The notes under the pieces: model-generated | Databases searched by the model: none | What the model was told of the DNA's origin: nothing | The model's input: only the letters and a program-made list of their open reading frames with translations | In this document: one piece after another, positions 37,034 through 47,737 of the stretch | Layout: each line of letters opens with the position of its first letter | How positions within the stretch are numbered: position 1 is the stretch's first letter | NCBI GenBank assembly: GCA_026986785.1 | Contig: JALSNW010000043.1 | Location: 9,653 to 73,652, forward strand | Source: Deltaproteobacteria bacterium | Lineage (GTDB): Bacteria > Desulfobacterota > Dissulfuribacteria > Dissulfuribacterales > QOAL01 | Direction of reading: 5' to 3' | DNA: 64,000 nt | Program-made: the position numbers and the translations under genes

Positions 37034-37512
37034 CAAATATCAACAAGGCATCCACATCCCTTCTGTCCATATCCTTCCACCTCTTGGTGGTCTTGTCGCT
37101 GGTCTCATGTGCTGGTAGCAACATAGGCTCCACCCAGAATCCAAAGATCGACAAGAAGGCCATCACCCTCATCTTCCCAGACCTCCCCATCCCCAATGAC
37201 CTTAAGATAGTAGAAGACGAATCGGTAATAATCTCTTCGCCAGGCTATCGAGGGGGACTCATAACCCTGAGGGGGAGGCTTTCTCCCATTGCCATACAAA
37301 ATTATTTCCTGGACGCACTGCCTCAAAAGGGCTGGCAGTTCATAAGCAGCCTCAATGCCCGAAAAGGCCTCATGGCGTTCAATAAACACGGAACCGGACA
37401 ATGCCTCATAACATATTTTAGGTCGGGTTTTGGCTATTCAAAGGTAGAGATCTGGATGGCAGAACCCATTCCAGGCACAGGAGGAGTGAATGGATCAGTT
37501 AACGAATTCTAA
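37030..37512 (+). CDS. Putative lipoprotein (hypothetical)
   Basis: Signal peptide with lipobox LVSC|AG. It has an ATGA overlap with the nitroreductase gene. Confidence 0.5.
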   Translation: MTNINKASTSLLSISFHLLVVLSLVSCAGSNIGSTQNPKIDKKAITLIFPDLPIPNDLKIVEDESVIISSPGYRGGLITLRGRLSPIAIQNYFLDALPQKGWQFISSLNARKGLMAFNKHGTGQCLITYFRSGFGYSKVEIWMAEPIPGTGGVNGSVNEF

Positions 37513-37531
37513 CGAAGGATATCATGTATTC

Positions 37532-38740
37532 ATGCCTCTTTCTGGCAAGAGAATCATACTTGGTGTAACAGGGGGCATAGCCTGTTTCAAGGCAGCTGAA
37601 TACGCAAGAAACCTCTCCAAAGAAGGGGCAAGCGTGCAACCGCTCCTTACAGAAAACGCATGCCGATTCGTAACTGAACACACCTTCTCTGCCCTCACTG
37701 GCCACAGAACCAGGACACAGGCCTTCGACCCATCGGCCACCCATGAGATCCCCCATATCAAACTGGCCCAAAAGGCCGATCTTTTGATGGTCCTTCCTGC
37801 CACAGCGGACATTATAGCAAAATTTGCCCATGGCATCGCTGACAACCTCCTTACAACCCTTTTCCTAAGCTTCAAAAGGCCGGTACTTATATTCCCATCC
37901 ATGAATCCAGACATGTACAATCACCCCGCTACCCAAACAAACCTGGAAATCTTGAAGGCAAGAGGAAATATCATAGTTGAGCCGGAATCAGGTACAGTAG
38001 TATGTGGCGCCAGGGGTAAAGGGAAACTGGCTGGGTGGGAAAAGGTCCTGTATCACGTGAAAAAGGCCCTCTGGCCAAAACCCTTGAAAGACAGAAAAAT
38101 CTTGATCACTGCAGGTCCAACCAGGGAGCCTCTGGACCCTGTGAGATTCATATCGAACAGGTCCTCTGGAAAGATGGGTTACAAACTTGCAGAAGCAGCC
38201 AGCCTGAGGGGTGCTGATGTCAATCTGGTGTCAGGCCCAGTAGCCTTAAAGGACCCTATGGGCACCAAGGTCAAAAGGGTTGAAACTGCAAAAGAGATGG
38301 CCCAGGCTGTCTTCTCATTGGCAGAGCAGATGGACATAGTCATTATGGCAGCCGCAGTGGCAGATTACAGCCCTGCCAGATTCTCCAGGCAAAAGATAAA
38401 AAAGTCCGATAAAGACATTGATATCGAACTGACCCGTACAACTGATATCCTAATGAAGCTTGGAGAGAAAAAGACAGATAGGGTGATCCTTGTGGGGTTT
38501 TGTGCAGAAAGCCAAGATCTTGTGCAAAATGCCTTTGCCAAGCTCAGAAAGAAGAATCTGGATCTGATAATTGCAAATGACATTACCCAACCCGGCGCAG
38601 GTTTTGATTCGGACACCAACCGGGTACTCCTGATAGATCAGGAAGAAAACGTGGAAGAACTTCCCCTCATGGACAAGGCAGAGGTAGCAGAGAGAATCCT
38701 CGACAAGATCCAGGAGATCATAGCCCTCAGGGAATATTGA
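37532..38740 (+). CDS. coaBC: Bifunctional phosphopantothenoylcysteine decarboxylase / phosphopantothenate-cysteine ligase CoaBC
   Basis: Flavoprotein N-domain KRIILGVTGGIACFKA and CoaB domain ITAGPTREPLDPVRFISNRSSGKMG. I prefer the internal ATG at 37532 (SD-like GAAGGA upstream) over the track start at 37490. Confidence 0.9.
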   Translation: MPLSGKRIILGVTGGIACFKAAEYARNLSKEGASVQPLLTENACRFVTEHTFSALTGHRTRTQAFDPSATHEIPHIKLAQKADLLMVLPATADIIAKFAHGIADNLLTTLFLSFKRPVLIFPSMNPDMYNHPATQTNLEILKARGNIIVEPESGTVVCGARGKGKLAGWEKVLYHVKKALWPKPLKDRKILITAGPTREPLDPVRFISNRSSGKMGYKLAEAASLRGADVNLVSGPVALKDPMGTKVKRVETAKEMAQAVFSLAEQMDIVIMAAAVADYSPARFSRQKIKKSDKDIDIELTRTTDILMKLGEKKTDRVILVGFCAESQDLVQNAFAKLRKKNLDLIIANDITQPGAGFDSDTNRVLLIDQEENVEELPLMDKAEVAERILDKIQEIIALREY

Positions 38741-38873
38741 GCCCGCATCCAGCCCTATACCTTGGCCTCTGTAGCATTAAATCGTCCGCCTGATCCCAAC
38801 AATTCCTATTTCTACATCTCACCTTCTCACTTCCTCATAAATAATCTGTTATTTCAGTTAGTTGTCCCCTTTT

Positions 38874-38901
38874 TAATGCTGTGTCAAACAGGTGCCGAAA
38901 T
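38874..38901 (+). promoter_or_regulatory. Sigma-28 (FliA)-type promoter upstream of flagellin
   Basis: TAAT-N16-GCCGAAAT compared with the consensus TAAA-N15-GCCGATAA. It lies ~150 nt upstream of the fliC ATG. Confidence 0.5.
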
Positions 38902-38999
38902 ATAGAACAAGCATCAAGGCTAATAAAGAGTCAGAAAGGGGGGAATAAAGACCGTCTCAAAGAAGACTCTCAGCCTAAACAAGACAACAAAAATCTAAG

Positions 39000-39017
39000 A
39001 CAGGCAGGAAGGCCTGT
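39000..39017 (+). promoter_or_regulatory. Leader hairpin presenting GGA in its loop (CsrA-type binding-site candidate)
   Basis: ACAGGC-AGGAAG-GCCTGT forms a perfect 6-bp stem with a 6-nt loop containing GGA. A second GGA lies in the SD sequence AAGGAGGA (39033-39040). Confidence 0.35.
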
Positions 39018-39047
39018 AAAAATCAATGATTCAAGGAGGAATCAATC

Positions 39048-40547
39048 ATGGCTATTGTTGTTAACACCAATATCGCTTCTATCAATGCCCAGAGAAATCT
39101 CGTAGGTACTGGTAAACTTCTCCAAAGGTCCCTTCAAAGACTTTCCTCAGGTCTCAGGATCAACAGCGCAAAAGACGACGCGGCAGGACTTGCCATTTCA
39201 GACCGGATGAATGCCCAGGTTCGTGGGCTCAACCAGGCTGTAAGAAATGCAAACGACGGCATCTCCCTGGCACAGACCGCTGAAGGGGCAATGCAGGAGA
39301 CAACCAACATCTTGCAGCGTATGAGGGAATTGGCAGTTCAGTCGGCCAATGATACCAACACCGCAACCGACAGATCCAACCTGCAGAAAGAGATAACCCA
39401 GCTCCAGGCAGAGATAGATAGGATTGCCACTACAACTGCATTTAATGGTAAGACCTTGCTTAATGGCACATTTACAGCAGCCAAATTCCACGTCGGTGCA
39501 AACGAAAATCAGTACATCTCCTTTTCCATCGGTAGCACGAAGGCCTCTGATATCGGCAACAATACCGTTGGCATAAATGGCACACTGAACCAAGCAACCG
39601 CCGCCGCGAATTCAGCTCCAGGAAACGGTGTGGCCGATGGTGAGGATCTGACCATCGTGGGCTCACTTGGCACTGCAACCTATGATGTATCAGCAGATGA
39701 AACGGCCAAATCAATTGCAGAAGGCATAAATGCCACCACAAAAGACAGTGGGGTCTCAGCTACAGCCATAACCAAGGCAAAACTCAGTTCTGTAAGTGCC
39801 AGCGGCCAAGTTAGCTTCAAACTCTATGGCAAGAACTCTACTGCGGCCACCATCTCGGTAAATGTTGCATCCACAAGTGATCTTTCCGGCCTAGCCGATG
39901 CCATCAACAAGGTTGCAAGCACAACCGGTATCTCGGCAGAGGCAAATGGTGGAGAATTGACCTTGGTGAGCTCGGAAGGATACGATATCAAGATCGAGGA
40001 CTGGGGTCAAGATTCTGGTGGAGATGACATCGATGTGAGTGTCCAGGGGCTCAAGGCTGATGGAAGCAATGCTGGTTCTGCAGTAACACTCACAGGTGCT
40101 GCTGCTGACGATACAGACAGCACAACCATTGGTGGAACCATTACATTCCAGTCTGCAGAAAGCTTTACAGTAACAGCTGGTGCCACCGGGGCCCTCTTCA
40201 CATCCACCAATGCCAATGCGAGCACTTTGAGTGCCGTTGGTTCCGTAGATATCGGGACACAGGAAGGTGCCAACAGTGCGATCTCGGTCATAGATGGTGC
40301 CCTTCAATTCATCGATAATACCAGGGCTGATCTCGGTGCCATCCAGAACCGCTTCGAATCCACCATTGCAAACCTGATGAATGTCTCCGAGAACATCTCT
40401 GCGGCCAAATCTCGAATACTCGATGCAGACTTTGCTGCCGAGACCGCAAACCTCACAAAGGCACAGATCCTGCAGCAGGCTGGTACAGCCATGCTTGCCC
40501 AGGCAAACACCGTGCCACAGGCAGCACTGACCCTGCTTCAGGGCTAA
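39048..40547 (+). CDS. fliC: Flagellin
   Basis: The N-terminus is MAIVVNTNIASINAQRNL...LSSGLRINSAKDDAAGLAISDRM. The conserved C-terminus is ...IQNRFESTIANL...AETANLTKAQILQQAGTAMLAQANTVPQAALTLLQG. Confidence 0.95.
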   Translation: MAIVVNTNIASINAQRNLVGTGKLLQRSLQRLSSGLRINSAKDDAAGLAISDRMNAQVRGLNQAVRNANDGISLAQTAEGAMQETTNILQRMRELAVQSANDTNTATDRSNLQKEITQLQAEIDRIATTTAFNGKTLLNGTFTAAKFHVGANENQYISFSIGSTKASDIGNNTVGINGTLNQATAAANSAPGNGVADGEDLTIVGSLGTATYDVSADETAKSIAEGINATTKDSGVSATAITKAKLSSVSASGQVSFKLYGKNSTAATISVNVASTSDLSGLADAINKVASTTGISAEANGGELTLVSSEGYDIKIEDWGQDSGGDDIDVSVQGLKADGSNAGSAVTLTGAAADDTDSTTIGGTITFQSAESFTVTAGATGALFTSTNANASTLSAVGSVDIGTQEGANSAISVIDGALQFIDNTRADLGAIQNRFESTIANLMNVSENISAAKSRILDADFAAETANLTKAQILQQAGTAMLAQANTVPQAALTLLQG

Positions 40548-40564
40548 TATCACGTGGTGACATA

Positions 40565-40593
40565 GAAACAAGGCAGCCAAGCTGCCTTGTTTC
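40565..40593 (+). terminator. Stem-loop after fliC (intrinsic terminator or attenuator)
   Basis: GAAACAAGGCAGC-caa-GCTGCCTTGTTTC forms a perfect 13-bp stem with a 3-nt loop, 18 nt after the fliC stop. The 3' flank is only weakly U-rich. Confidence 0.55.
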
Positions 40594-40625
40594 TCCAACA
40601 AATCTACGATAGAAGAGGATTCATC

Positions 40626-42044
40626 ATGGGCATAGGCGTATCTGGACTCATGTCGGGCCTCGACACCGATTCCATCATCTCGAAATTGATGGAGGTGGAA
40701 AAGCGCCCTATAGTGCAACTTCAGAACAAAGAGGCGGGCTACCAGGCAAAGATTACCGCACTTGGCATGGTAAAAAGTGCCATGTCTGACCTGAAGACCG
40801 CAGTCGATGCCCTCAAGTATTCGGATGATTTTTCTTCATACACTGCCTCGAGCAGCGATACCGATATACTCACGGTCTCTGCAGATGATGATATTCAACC
40901 TGGCGCCTATAATGTGGTTGTCAGCCAACTCGCCTCAGCCCAACAATTGAGAAGCTCTGCCTTTTCTGGCTCTGATACCTCTGTGGGCACAGGCACCCTC
41001 ACCATCCAGGTAGGGAGCAATGATGCTGTGGACATAGAAATCGACAGCTCTCACGATACCCTTGCTGGCATTGCCCGGGCGATAAATGAATCAGATGCAG
41101 ATGTCACAGCTGGCGTTATCAACGACGGTAATGGCAATTACTATCTAACCCTGCTCAGTCAAGATACCGGTGCGTCAAACACTATCAGTGTTACCATACA
41201 GGATGACGATGGGAACAATGACGATTCTTCTGGCCTCTCTGGGATCTATACAGACCCAACCGCCCATACCTTGACAGAGACAAGGCAGGCAGCAAATGCC
41301 CAGCTCTCTGTCAATGGTATATCAGTAGAACGCTCGAGCAATGAGATAGATGACCTCATCGAGGGCATGACCATAAATCTCAAAGCTGCAGACGACACAA
41401 AGACCATCACCGTTACCAGCTCGAAAAACTATAATGGGATTACGGACAAGCTCAATAAATTCATCAAGAACTATAATGCCCTCATAGATACACTAAAGGA
41501 ACAAACCGCTTACAATCCGGCAACCAAGCAGGGCGCTGTCCTCCTCGGTGATAGCACGGTCAGCCGAATAGGCCTTGGTCTTTCAAAAATGATCTATGAA
41601 ACAGTTGACGGGGTGGATTCTTCAGTCAACAGTCTCAGCAAGCTCGGTATCGAGGTCGACGACAGTGGACACCTCAGCCTTGACAACAATAAATTGAACG
41701 ATGCCATGGAGGCTCATCCAGACGATGTAGCCGAGTTTTTCACAGCAGATGATGCGGAAAACAAGGGGATAGCAGTCAGACTATATGACTTTTTGGATGG
41801 ATATCTAAAGAGTTCTACGGGTATCCTCACCGCAAAGACAGACGGGCTTCAGGACTCTATAGACGATATCGAGGACAGGATTGATCAGATGAATTTTCGC
41901 CTCTCAAAAAGGGAAGCGAACCTCAGACATCAATTCGAGACCCTTGAAACACTCATGCAACAGTTTCAACAGACCTCGGGGCAGCTTGACCAGCAATTGA
42001 GTTCACTGAGCAACCTGAATGCCTATATATCCAAGAAAAAATAG
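40626..42044 (+). CDS. fliD: Flagellar filament cap protein FliD
   Basis: The N-terminus is MGIGVSGLMSGLDTDSIISKLMEVEKRPI, followed by the FliD C-terminal region. The track start at 40587 lies inside the terminator hairpin, so I chose the ATG at 40626, which has GAAGAGGA upstream. Confidence 0.9.
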   Translation: MGIGVSGLMSGLDTDSIISKLMEVEKRPIVQLQNKEAGYQAKITALGMVKSAMSDLKTAVDALKYSDDFSSYTASSSDTDILTVSADDDIQPGAYNVVVSQLASAQQLRSSAFSGSDTSVGTGTLTIQVGSNDAVDIEIDSSHDTLAGIARAINESDADVTAGVINDGNGNYYLTLLSQDTGASNTISVTIQDDDGNNDDSSGLSGIYTDPTAHTLTETRQAANAQLSVNGISVERSSNEIDDLIEGMTINLKAADDTKTITVTSSKNYNGITDKLNKFIKNYNALIDTLKEQTAYNPATKQGAVLLGDSTVSRIGLGLSKMIYETVDGVDSSVNSLSKLGIEVDDSGHLSLDNNKLNDAMEAHPDDVAEFFTADDAENKGIAVRLYDFLDGYLKSSTGILTAKTDGLQDSIDDIEDRIDQMNFRLSKREANLRHQFETLETLMQQFQQTSGQLDQQLSSLSNLNAYISKKK

Positions 42045-42058
42045 GAGAACAACCGGCC

Positions 42059-42514
42059 ATGTATGCTAATGCCAAGGCAGGATATTTCAAATACCAAAAG
42101 AACGATTTCCTAAATCTGACACCGGCAGAGATAGTAGATAGGCTCTTCAAGGCCCTATATTCCTGCATAGATGATGCTGAAGACGCCATAAGAAGAAGAC
42201 TTATTGCAAAAAAAGGAGAAAAAATAAGCCGGGCTATTGCCATTGTCGGTGAGCTTCAGGCATCCCTTGACATGGAAAAGGGCGGAGAACTTTCTGAAAG
42301 TCTCTATCTGCTCTATGACTTCATGATCAGGGAACTCTTGATGGCCAATATGGAGAACAGTGTCGACAGACTGGAGACAGTCAAGACTACCATCAGGCCA
42401 ATAATGGAAGGATGGTCCAAGATATTGGAGGGAGCAGAGGAAAAATCTCCTACCGTAATCCCTGCCAGCCAGGGAGAACAGACAAGGCCTAGACCTCTTC
42501 AAGTAGCTGGCTGA
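42059..42514 (+). CDS. fliS: Flagellin export chaperone FliS
   Basis: The FliS four-helix pattern is present: TPAEIVDRLFKALYSCIDDA...ISRAIAIVGELQASLDMEKGGELSESLYLLYDFM. Confidence 0.85.
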   Translation: MYANAKAGYFKYQKNDFLNLTPAEIVDRLFKALYSCIDDAEDAIRRRLIAKKGEKISRAIAIVGELQASLDMEKGGELSESLYLLYDFMIRELLMANMENSVDRLETVKTTIRPIMEGWSKILEGAEEKSPTVIPASQGEQTRPRPLQVAG

Positions 42515-42518
42515 GGTC

Positions 42519-42875
42519 TTGAGACTTGAAACAATGGAGGCAAATACCATGATGCATGTATGTGAGACCCTGAAACAGGTCCTTACAAGGATCAGAGTCC
42601 TATTGGAGTCAGGGGAATATGAGAACCTTCCCGAGTACCTGTCCGAGAGGATGGTACTCATTGAAAGGCTTCATGAATGCAGGCCAGACAAGACCAAACT
42701 TGATGAAACCATAGAATTACTGAAATCCATAATCAGAGAAGAACGCTTTTTGATGAAGTTGGCAGAGGAGAAAAAGGACAATCTGCAAAAAGAGATGAAA
42801 ATATTTCAGACACGACGAGTGGCTGCTGCTAAATATCAAAATCAGAGCCACGGTCTTTTGGGAGTTCAGCCATGA
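42519..42875 (+). CDS. Hypothetical helical protein, possibly a FliT/FlgN-like flagellar chaperone
   Basis: 118 aa, all-helical in appearance (LESGEYENLPEYLSERMVLIERL...). It sits between fliS and flaG and overlaps flaG by 4 nt. The similarity is only at the level of a weak pattern. Confidence 0.4.
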   Translation: MRLETMEANTMMHVCETLKQVLTRIRVLLESGEYENLPEYLSERMVLIERLHECRPDKTKLDETIELLKSIIREERFLMKLAEEKKDNLQKEMKIFQTRRVAAAKYQNQSHGLLGVQP

Positions 42876-43273
42876 CAAGCGAAATAGCATACAACATATC
42901 AAATACCTCAGGCCTTGACCCTGGACGGTCCATCCTCACCCTCAACAACAATACGAGGGTAAACAACCGGGCAGGACAAGATCAAGCCGATAATATCTTA
43001 CAGTTAAACAGACAGGACTCTCCGGTTCAAAAAAATGAGACTAATGATACTGGCAAGAACGATTCTGTAATCAAGACCCTACAGGATGAATTCAACCTGA
43101 TCAACAATGTCGAACTTAAGTTCAACAAGGATCAGGAGACAGGACAATCTTATATAGAGATAGTGGACAAGGACTCTGGAGACGTCGTCAGAGAGATTCC
43201 CCCGGAGACCCTCAGAAAACTGGCAGAAAAAATGGATGAGATGTTGGGCATCCTTTTTGATAAAAAGGCATAA
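42872..43273 (+). CDS. flaG: FlaG family flagellar protein
   Basis: The C-terminal FlaG pattern is present: ELKFNKDQETGQSYIEIVDKDSGDVVREIPPE. Confidence 0.7.
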   Translation: MTSEIAYNISNTSGLDPGRSILTLNNNTRVNNRAGQDQADNILQLNRQDSPVQKNETNDTGKNDSVIKTLQDEFNLINNVELKFNKDQETGQSYIEIVDKDSGDVVREIPPETLRKLAEKMDEMLGILFDKKA

Positions 43274-43314
43274 AATACCCCCAATATGCTGTCCAGAAGC
43301 ATGTTTTTAAACAC

Positions 43315-44529
43315 TTACGTCCTGTAATCTGCATTGATATGCACATATTCATCTGTAAGATCACATGTAAGTACCTGGAAATCATGTGACCCAGCCCCAA
43401 GATCGACGACCACTGAAAACTCTTCTTCTTTCATTAGCCCTGCCGCCTCTGCCTCTGCCTCTGGCCCTACGGGCATACCTTTGTTGACTATCTGAACTGA
43501 ACCGATAGAGATATCCACCTCATCAGGATCAAATACAGCACCTGATCTACCCGCTGCAGCCAAGATCCTTCCCCAGTTTGGGTCCTGACCGAAAAAAGCG
43601 GTCTTCACCAGATTGGAATCTGCAATTGCCCTGGCTGCAAGCTCTGCATCGAGCACATCTTTTGCCCCCTTTACCTTGACGCTTACACACTTCGATGCCC
43701 CTTCGCCATCCTTGACTATCTGTCTGGCAAGATCCATCAATACGTCTGTCACGGCCTCACGAAGAATCGGTGCCAAGATACCAGTTCCATTCTCCAAAGG
43801 GTTCTTGGCAATCCCAGATGCCATTGCCACGACTGTATCATTGGTGCTCATATCACCATCTACGGTTATCCTGTTAAAGGAGGCATCCACCGCCTCATTG
43901 AGGACATCTTGCCAGAATCCATGCTCTACTACCGCATCACAGCAGACGAAGGAGAGCATTGTGGCATGGGGAGGCCCCATTGAAGGTGAAATCATGCCAG
44001 CCCCCTTGGCCATGGCAACGATGGTCATACGGTAGCTGTCCACAGAAATGGTCCTGTTGGCCATCTTGGGCCTGGTATCAGTAGTCAAAATAGCTTGAGC
44101 CACATCTGATAGGCCATTCTCAGAGAGCCTGGACACCGCTTTCTCTATACCTGCCACATATCGATCCATGGGCAAAAACGCCCCAATCACACCAGTGGAA
44201 CAGACCAAGACCTCGTCCTTAGCACAGCCAAGTAGGTGTGCAGTGTCTCGGCGTATTCTCCTACAGTCCTCAAGGCCTCTCATACCGGTACATGCATTGG
44301 CATTACCACTGTTGACTACTATTGCCCTGAACCTTTTTCCCCCTGAAAAGAGTTGGATAGCATCGAGTACAGGGGCTGCCTTCACGAGATTCCTCGTAAA
44401 GACTGCACTTGTGACAGCAGGCCTTTCACATACTATACAACCGAGATCCAATCTATCTTTGTATTTGATCCCTGCCTCTGCCGCTGCTGCCCTAAAACCT
44501 GGAACTATCACTACTTCCTCCCGCAACAT
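43315..44529 (-). CDS. argJ: Bifunctional glutamate N-acetyltransferase / amino-acid acetyltransferase ArgJ
   Basis: [16 protein letters not shown], and the autoprocessing site HATMLSF. I prefer Met10 of the track ORF as the start ([12 protein letters not shown]). Even so, the gene overlaps the secA 3' end by 19 nt. Confidence 0.9.
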   Translation of the reverse strand: MLREEVVIVPGFRAAAAEAGIKYKDRLDLGCIVCERPAVTSAVFTRNLVKAAPVLDAIQLFSGGKRFRAIVVNSGNANACTGMRGLEDCRRIRRDTAHLLGCAKDEVLVCSTGVIGAFLPMDRYVAGIEKAVSRLSENGLSDVAQAILTTDTRPKMANRTISVDSYRMTIVAMAKGAGMISPSMGPPHATMLSFVCCDAVVEHGFWQDVLNEAVDASFNRITVDGDMSTNDTVVAMASGIAKNPLENGTGILAPILREAVTDVLMDLARQIVKDGEGASKCVSVKVKGAKDVLDAELAARAIADSNLVKTAFFGQDPNWGRILAAAGRSGAVFDPDEVDISIGSVQIVNKGMPVGPEAEAEAAGLMKEEEFSVVVDLGAGSHDFQVLTCDLTDEYVHINADYRT

Positions 44530-47051
44530 TTCTTGTATTTCTTGCCACTTCCACATGGACAGGGGGCATTTCGGCCAATCTTTTTATTCTTTCTCTTGAT
44601 GGGCTTTGGTTTGGCATCCCCATCTCCCCCGTGACTCATCTGGAGCTGGCTCTCCTGCTTGCGTCTGCGCTTTTCCTCTAGTTCCTCCACCTCGGAAGGC
44701 CTCATGGGCCGAATCCTGAGCATGATACTCACGGTCTCTTCCCGAAACCTTTCGATCATGTTCAGGAACATGTCATATCCCTCTTTCTTGTATTCATTCA
44801 GTGGGTCTTTCTGGCCATAACCACGGAGCCCTATTCCCTCCCTGAGATGATCCATGCTCAAGAGATGGTCCTTCCACAGGTTGTCCAGGTTTTGCAGCAT
44901 GATGAAACGCTCTGCCATGACCATCTCTTCCGGGCCAAAACGCTCAACCTGTTTCTGGTAGGTCTCCTTCAGCTTTTCCTCTATGAGCTCTTTTAGTTCC
45001 TCTGGAGTAGATGGTAACTCCTCAAGGGCCTCATGGTCCCAATCGGTGGCAAATCTACCCCTAAGGAGTTCCCGAAGCTTTTCCCAATTCCACTCTTCAG
45101 GAAGGGCCTTTTCATCTGCATGGGTCTGGGATAGTCGCTCAGCTACTTCTTCTATATAGCCATATATCTCATCCCTGAGATTTTCACCTGCCATTATCTG
45201 TTTTCTGAGACTATAGACCACCTCTCTCTGCTTGTTCATTACATCGTCATACTCAAGCAGATGTTTCCTGATCTCAAAATTGTGGGCCTCTACCTTGCGC
45301 TGCGCATTTTCAATGGCCTTCGAGAGCATGGGATGCTCTATGGGCTCCCCTTCCTTCATCCCCATCTTGTCCATGAGCCCGGAGATCTTGTCCGAACCAA
45401 AGATCCTGAGGAGATCATCTTCAAGGGACAGATAGAACCTGGAAGAACCAGGATCGCCCTGACGACCGGAACGGCCTCTCAACTGGTTGTCGATACGCCT
45501 TGACTCATGCCTTTCCGTGCCGAGGATATGGAGACCACCAAGCTCTGCCACACCCTCTCCCAGTACGATATCCGTACCACGACCAGCCATGTTGGTCGCT
45601 ATGGTCACCCTACCCTTCTCTCCTGCATGGGCAACGATCTCTGCCTCCCGTTCATGATGTTTGGCATTGAGGACCTCGTGGGGTACACCCATCTTCTTCA
45701 ACAGACCCGAAAGCTTCTCTGAATTTTCCACACTCGTAGTACCAACCAGGACCGGTCTGCCCTGCCTGTGAAGTTCCTTTATCTCCCTGGCAGCAGCCCT
45801 GAATTTTTCTTCAACGGTTCGAAAGACCATATCGGGATAATCGGTCCTGATCATAGGCTTATGGGTTGGTATGACCACGACGTCCAGGTCATAGATCTTT
45901 TTAAACTCGGCGGCCTCGGTGTCGGCCGTACCTGTCATACCAGCCAGTTTTTCATACATACGGAAGAAATTCTGAAACGTTATGGAGGCGAGGGTCTGAT
46001 TCTCACTTTCTATCTTCACCCCCTCCTTCGCCTCAAGGGCCTGATGGAGACCGTCACTGTAACGCCTGCCTGGCATGATCCTGCCTGTGAACTCATCTAC
46101 AATGATCACCTGACCGTCTTTTACTATGTAATCCACATCCCTCTTAAATAGCACATGGGCCTTCAGGCCCTGCTGTACATGGTGCAAGAGCTCTGTGTTC
46201 GACGGATCGTAGAGATTCTCTATACCAAGGAGCTTTTCGCACTTGGCAACGCCCTCTTCGGTAAGCATCACTGTCTTTGCCTTTTCGTCGACTGTGTAGT
46301 GCTCTTCATTCTTCAGAAAGGGGATTATCTGATTTACCTTGTAATAGAGATCTGTGGACTCATCTGAAGGCCCCGAGATGATAAGAGGGGTCCTGGCCTC
46401 ATCGATGAGGATACTGTCCACTTCATCTACTATGGCATAGTGAAAATCCCTCTGGACCATATCCTCCAGGGCATATTTCATGTTGTCTCTGAGGAAATCG
46501 AATCCAAACTCGTTGTTGGTGCCATAGGTCACATCGGCATGATAAGCGGCCTTGCGCTCCTGTTCATTGAGACCATGTACAATGACGCCTACATCCAGTC
46601 CCAGAAACCTATATATCTTGCCCATCCATTCGGCATCCCTGGTAGCCAAATAATCATTTACCGTGACCACGTGCACGCCTCTTCCTGTGAGGGCATTGAG
46701 ATATACTGGCAGTGTAGCAACCAGTGTCTTACCTTCACCGGTCTTCATTTCGGCGATCTTACCCTGGTGAAGTACCACGCCACCTATAAGCTGCACGTCG
46801 AAATGGCGCATCCCAAGCACACGTCTAGAGGTCTCCCTGACAACAGCGAAGGCCTCTGGCAGGAGATCGTCCAAATTGCGACCGTTGTCCAATTGTTCTC
46901 TGAAATAGGGGGTTTTCGCCTTGAGCTCCTGGTCTGAAAGTCTTTCTATCTCTGGTTCCAGCCTGTTTATCTGATCGACAATGGGCTGGATCTTTTTTAT
47001 TTCTCTGTCGTGTTTGGTGCCAAACACCTTTGTAAGTATATTTCCAATCAT
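44511..47051 (-). CDS. secA: Preprotein translocase ATPase SecA
   Basis: [11 protein letters not shown] (Walker A), [21 protein letters not shown], and the C-terminal zinc motif [14 protein letters not shown]. Confidence 0.95.
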   Translation of the reverse strand: MIGNILTKVFGTKHDREIKKIQPIVDQINRLEPEIERLSDQELKAKTPYFREQLDNGRNLDDLLPEAFAVVRETSRRVLGMRHFDVQLIGGVVLHQGKIAEMKTGEGKTLVATLPVYLNALTGRGVHVVTVNDYLATRDAEWMGKIYRFLGLDVGVIVHGLNEQERKAAYHADVTYGTNNEFGFDFLRDNMKYALEDMVQRDFHYAIVDEVDSILIDEARTPLIISGPSDESTDLYYKVNQIIPFLKNEEHYTVDEKAKTVMLTEEGVAKCEKLLGIENLYDPSNTELLHHVQQGLKAHVLFKRDVDYIVKDGQVIIVDEFTGRIMPGRRYSDGLHQALEAKEGVKIESENQTLASITFQNFFRMYEKLAGMTGTADTEAAEFKKIYDLDVVVIPTHKPMIRTDYPDMVFRTVEEKFRAAAREIKELHRQGRPVLVGTTSVENSEKLSGLLKKMGVPHEVLNAKHHEREAEIVAHAGEKGRVTIATNMAGRGTDIVLGEGVAELGGLHILGTERHESRRIDNQLRGRSGRQGDPGSSRFYLSLEDDLLRIFGSDKISGLMDKMGMKEGEPIEHPMLSKAIENAQRKVEAHNFEIRKHLLEYDDVMNKQREVVYSLRKQIMAGENLRDEIYGYIEEVAERLSQTHADEKALPEEWNWEKLRELLRGRFATDWDHEALEELPSTPEELKELIEEKLKETYQKQVERFGPEEMVMAERFIMLQNLDNLWKDHLLSMDHLREGIGLRGYGQKDPLNEYKKEGYDMFLNMIERFREETVSIMLRIRPMRPSEVEELEEKRRRKQESQLQMSHGGDGDAKPKPIKRKNKKIGRNAPCPCGSGKKYKKCCGRK

Positions 47052-47126
47052 ATCCTAAAAAGACCTCGCTATCTGACTCATAGCCCGCCTGGAAAGGACC
47101 AGCAGGCCATCTTCAGAACAACACAT

Positions 47127-47585
47127 TTAATACATATCTATCAAAAGTGCAGTTTCATCACAGTTAGGGAATTTGGGGCAATGAACACAATCCGCCCAGA
47201 TCTTGTGGGGCAATACAGCCTTGTCCACCTCTCTAAACCCTAATTTCCTGAAAAAATCTGGCTGGTACGTAAGGGTGAACACCCGATAGATCCCAAGAGT
47301 GATAGCATCTGAGAGACAATATTCCACCAATCTTCTGCCTAACCCCTGGGACTGGTACTCCTCTATCACGGCTAGAGAGCGAATCTCAGCCAGGTCCTCC
47401 CAGGATACATTGAGGGCTACGGCTCCTATTATCCGTCCATCTTGATCCTCGAAGACATTGTAATCCCTCAAGTGATCATAAAGATCACTCAAAGAGCGCG
47501 GCAACAAGAGCCCTTTGTCGGCAAAATGCGAAAGGAGTTGGTGGATGGGCCTTACATCATTGATCTTTGCCTTACGTATTTTCAT
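47127..47585 (-). CDS. GNAT-family N-acetyltransferase (short N-acetylglutamate-synthase-like)
   Basis: Acetyl-CoA-binding motif QSQGLGRRLV, and a C-terminal Cys cluster IWADCVHCPKFPNCDE. It lies in an operon with argS and argJ. Confidence 0.7.
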   Translation of the reverse strand: MKIRKAKINDVRPIHQLLSHFADKGLLLPRSLSDLYDHLRDYNVFEDQDGRIIGAVALNVSWEDLAEIRSLAVIEEYQSQGLGRRLVEYCLSDAITLGIYRVFTLTYQPDFFRKLGFREVDKAVLPHKIWADCVHCPKFPNCDETALLIDMY

Positions 47586-47737
47586 CCTTTAATAGAACAA
47601 TCGTAACAAAGGACTGAATCCTTCAGTGGAGAGCCCTTTATTTTTCCATAATCTTGCATGTAAAGATAGGATTGAAGGGTATGAAAGTCAAAGGGGTAGA
47701 AAAAGGATAGCAGGGTAACAGATCTTCACAGGGAAAA

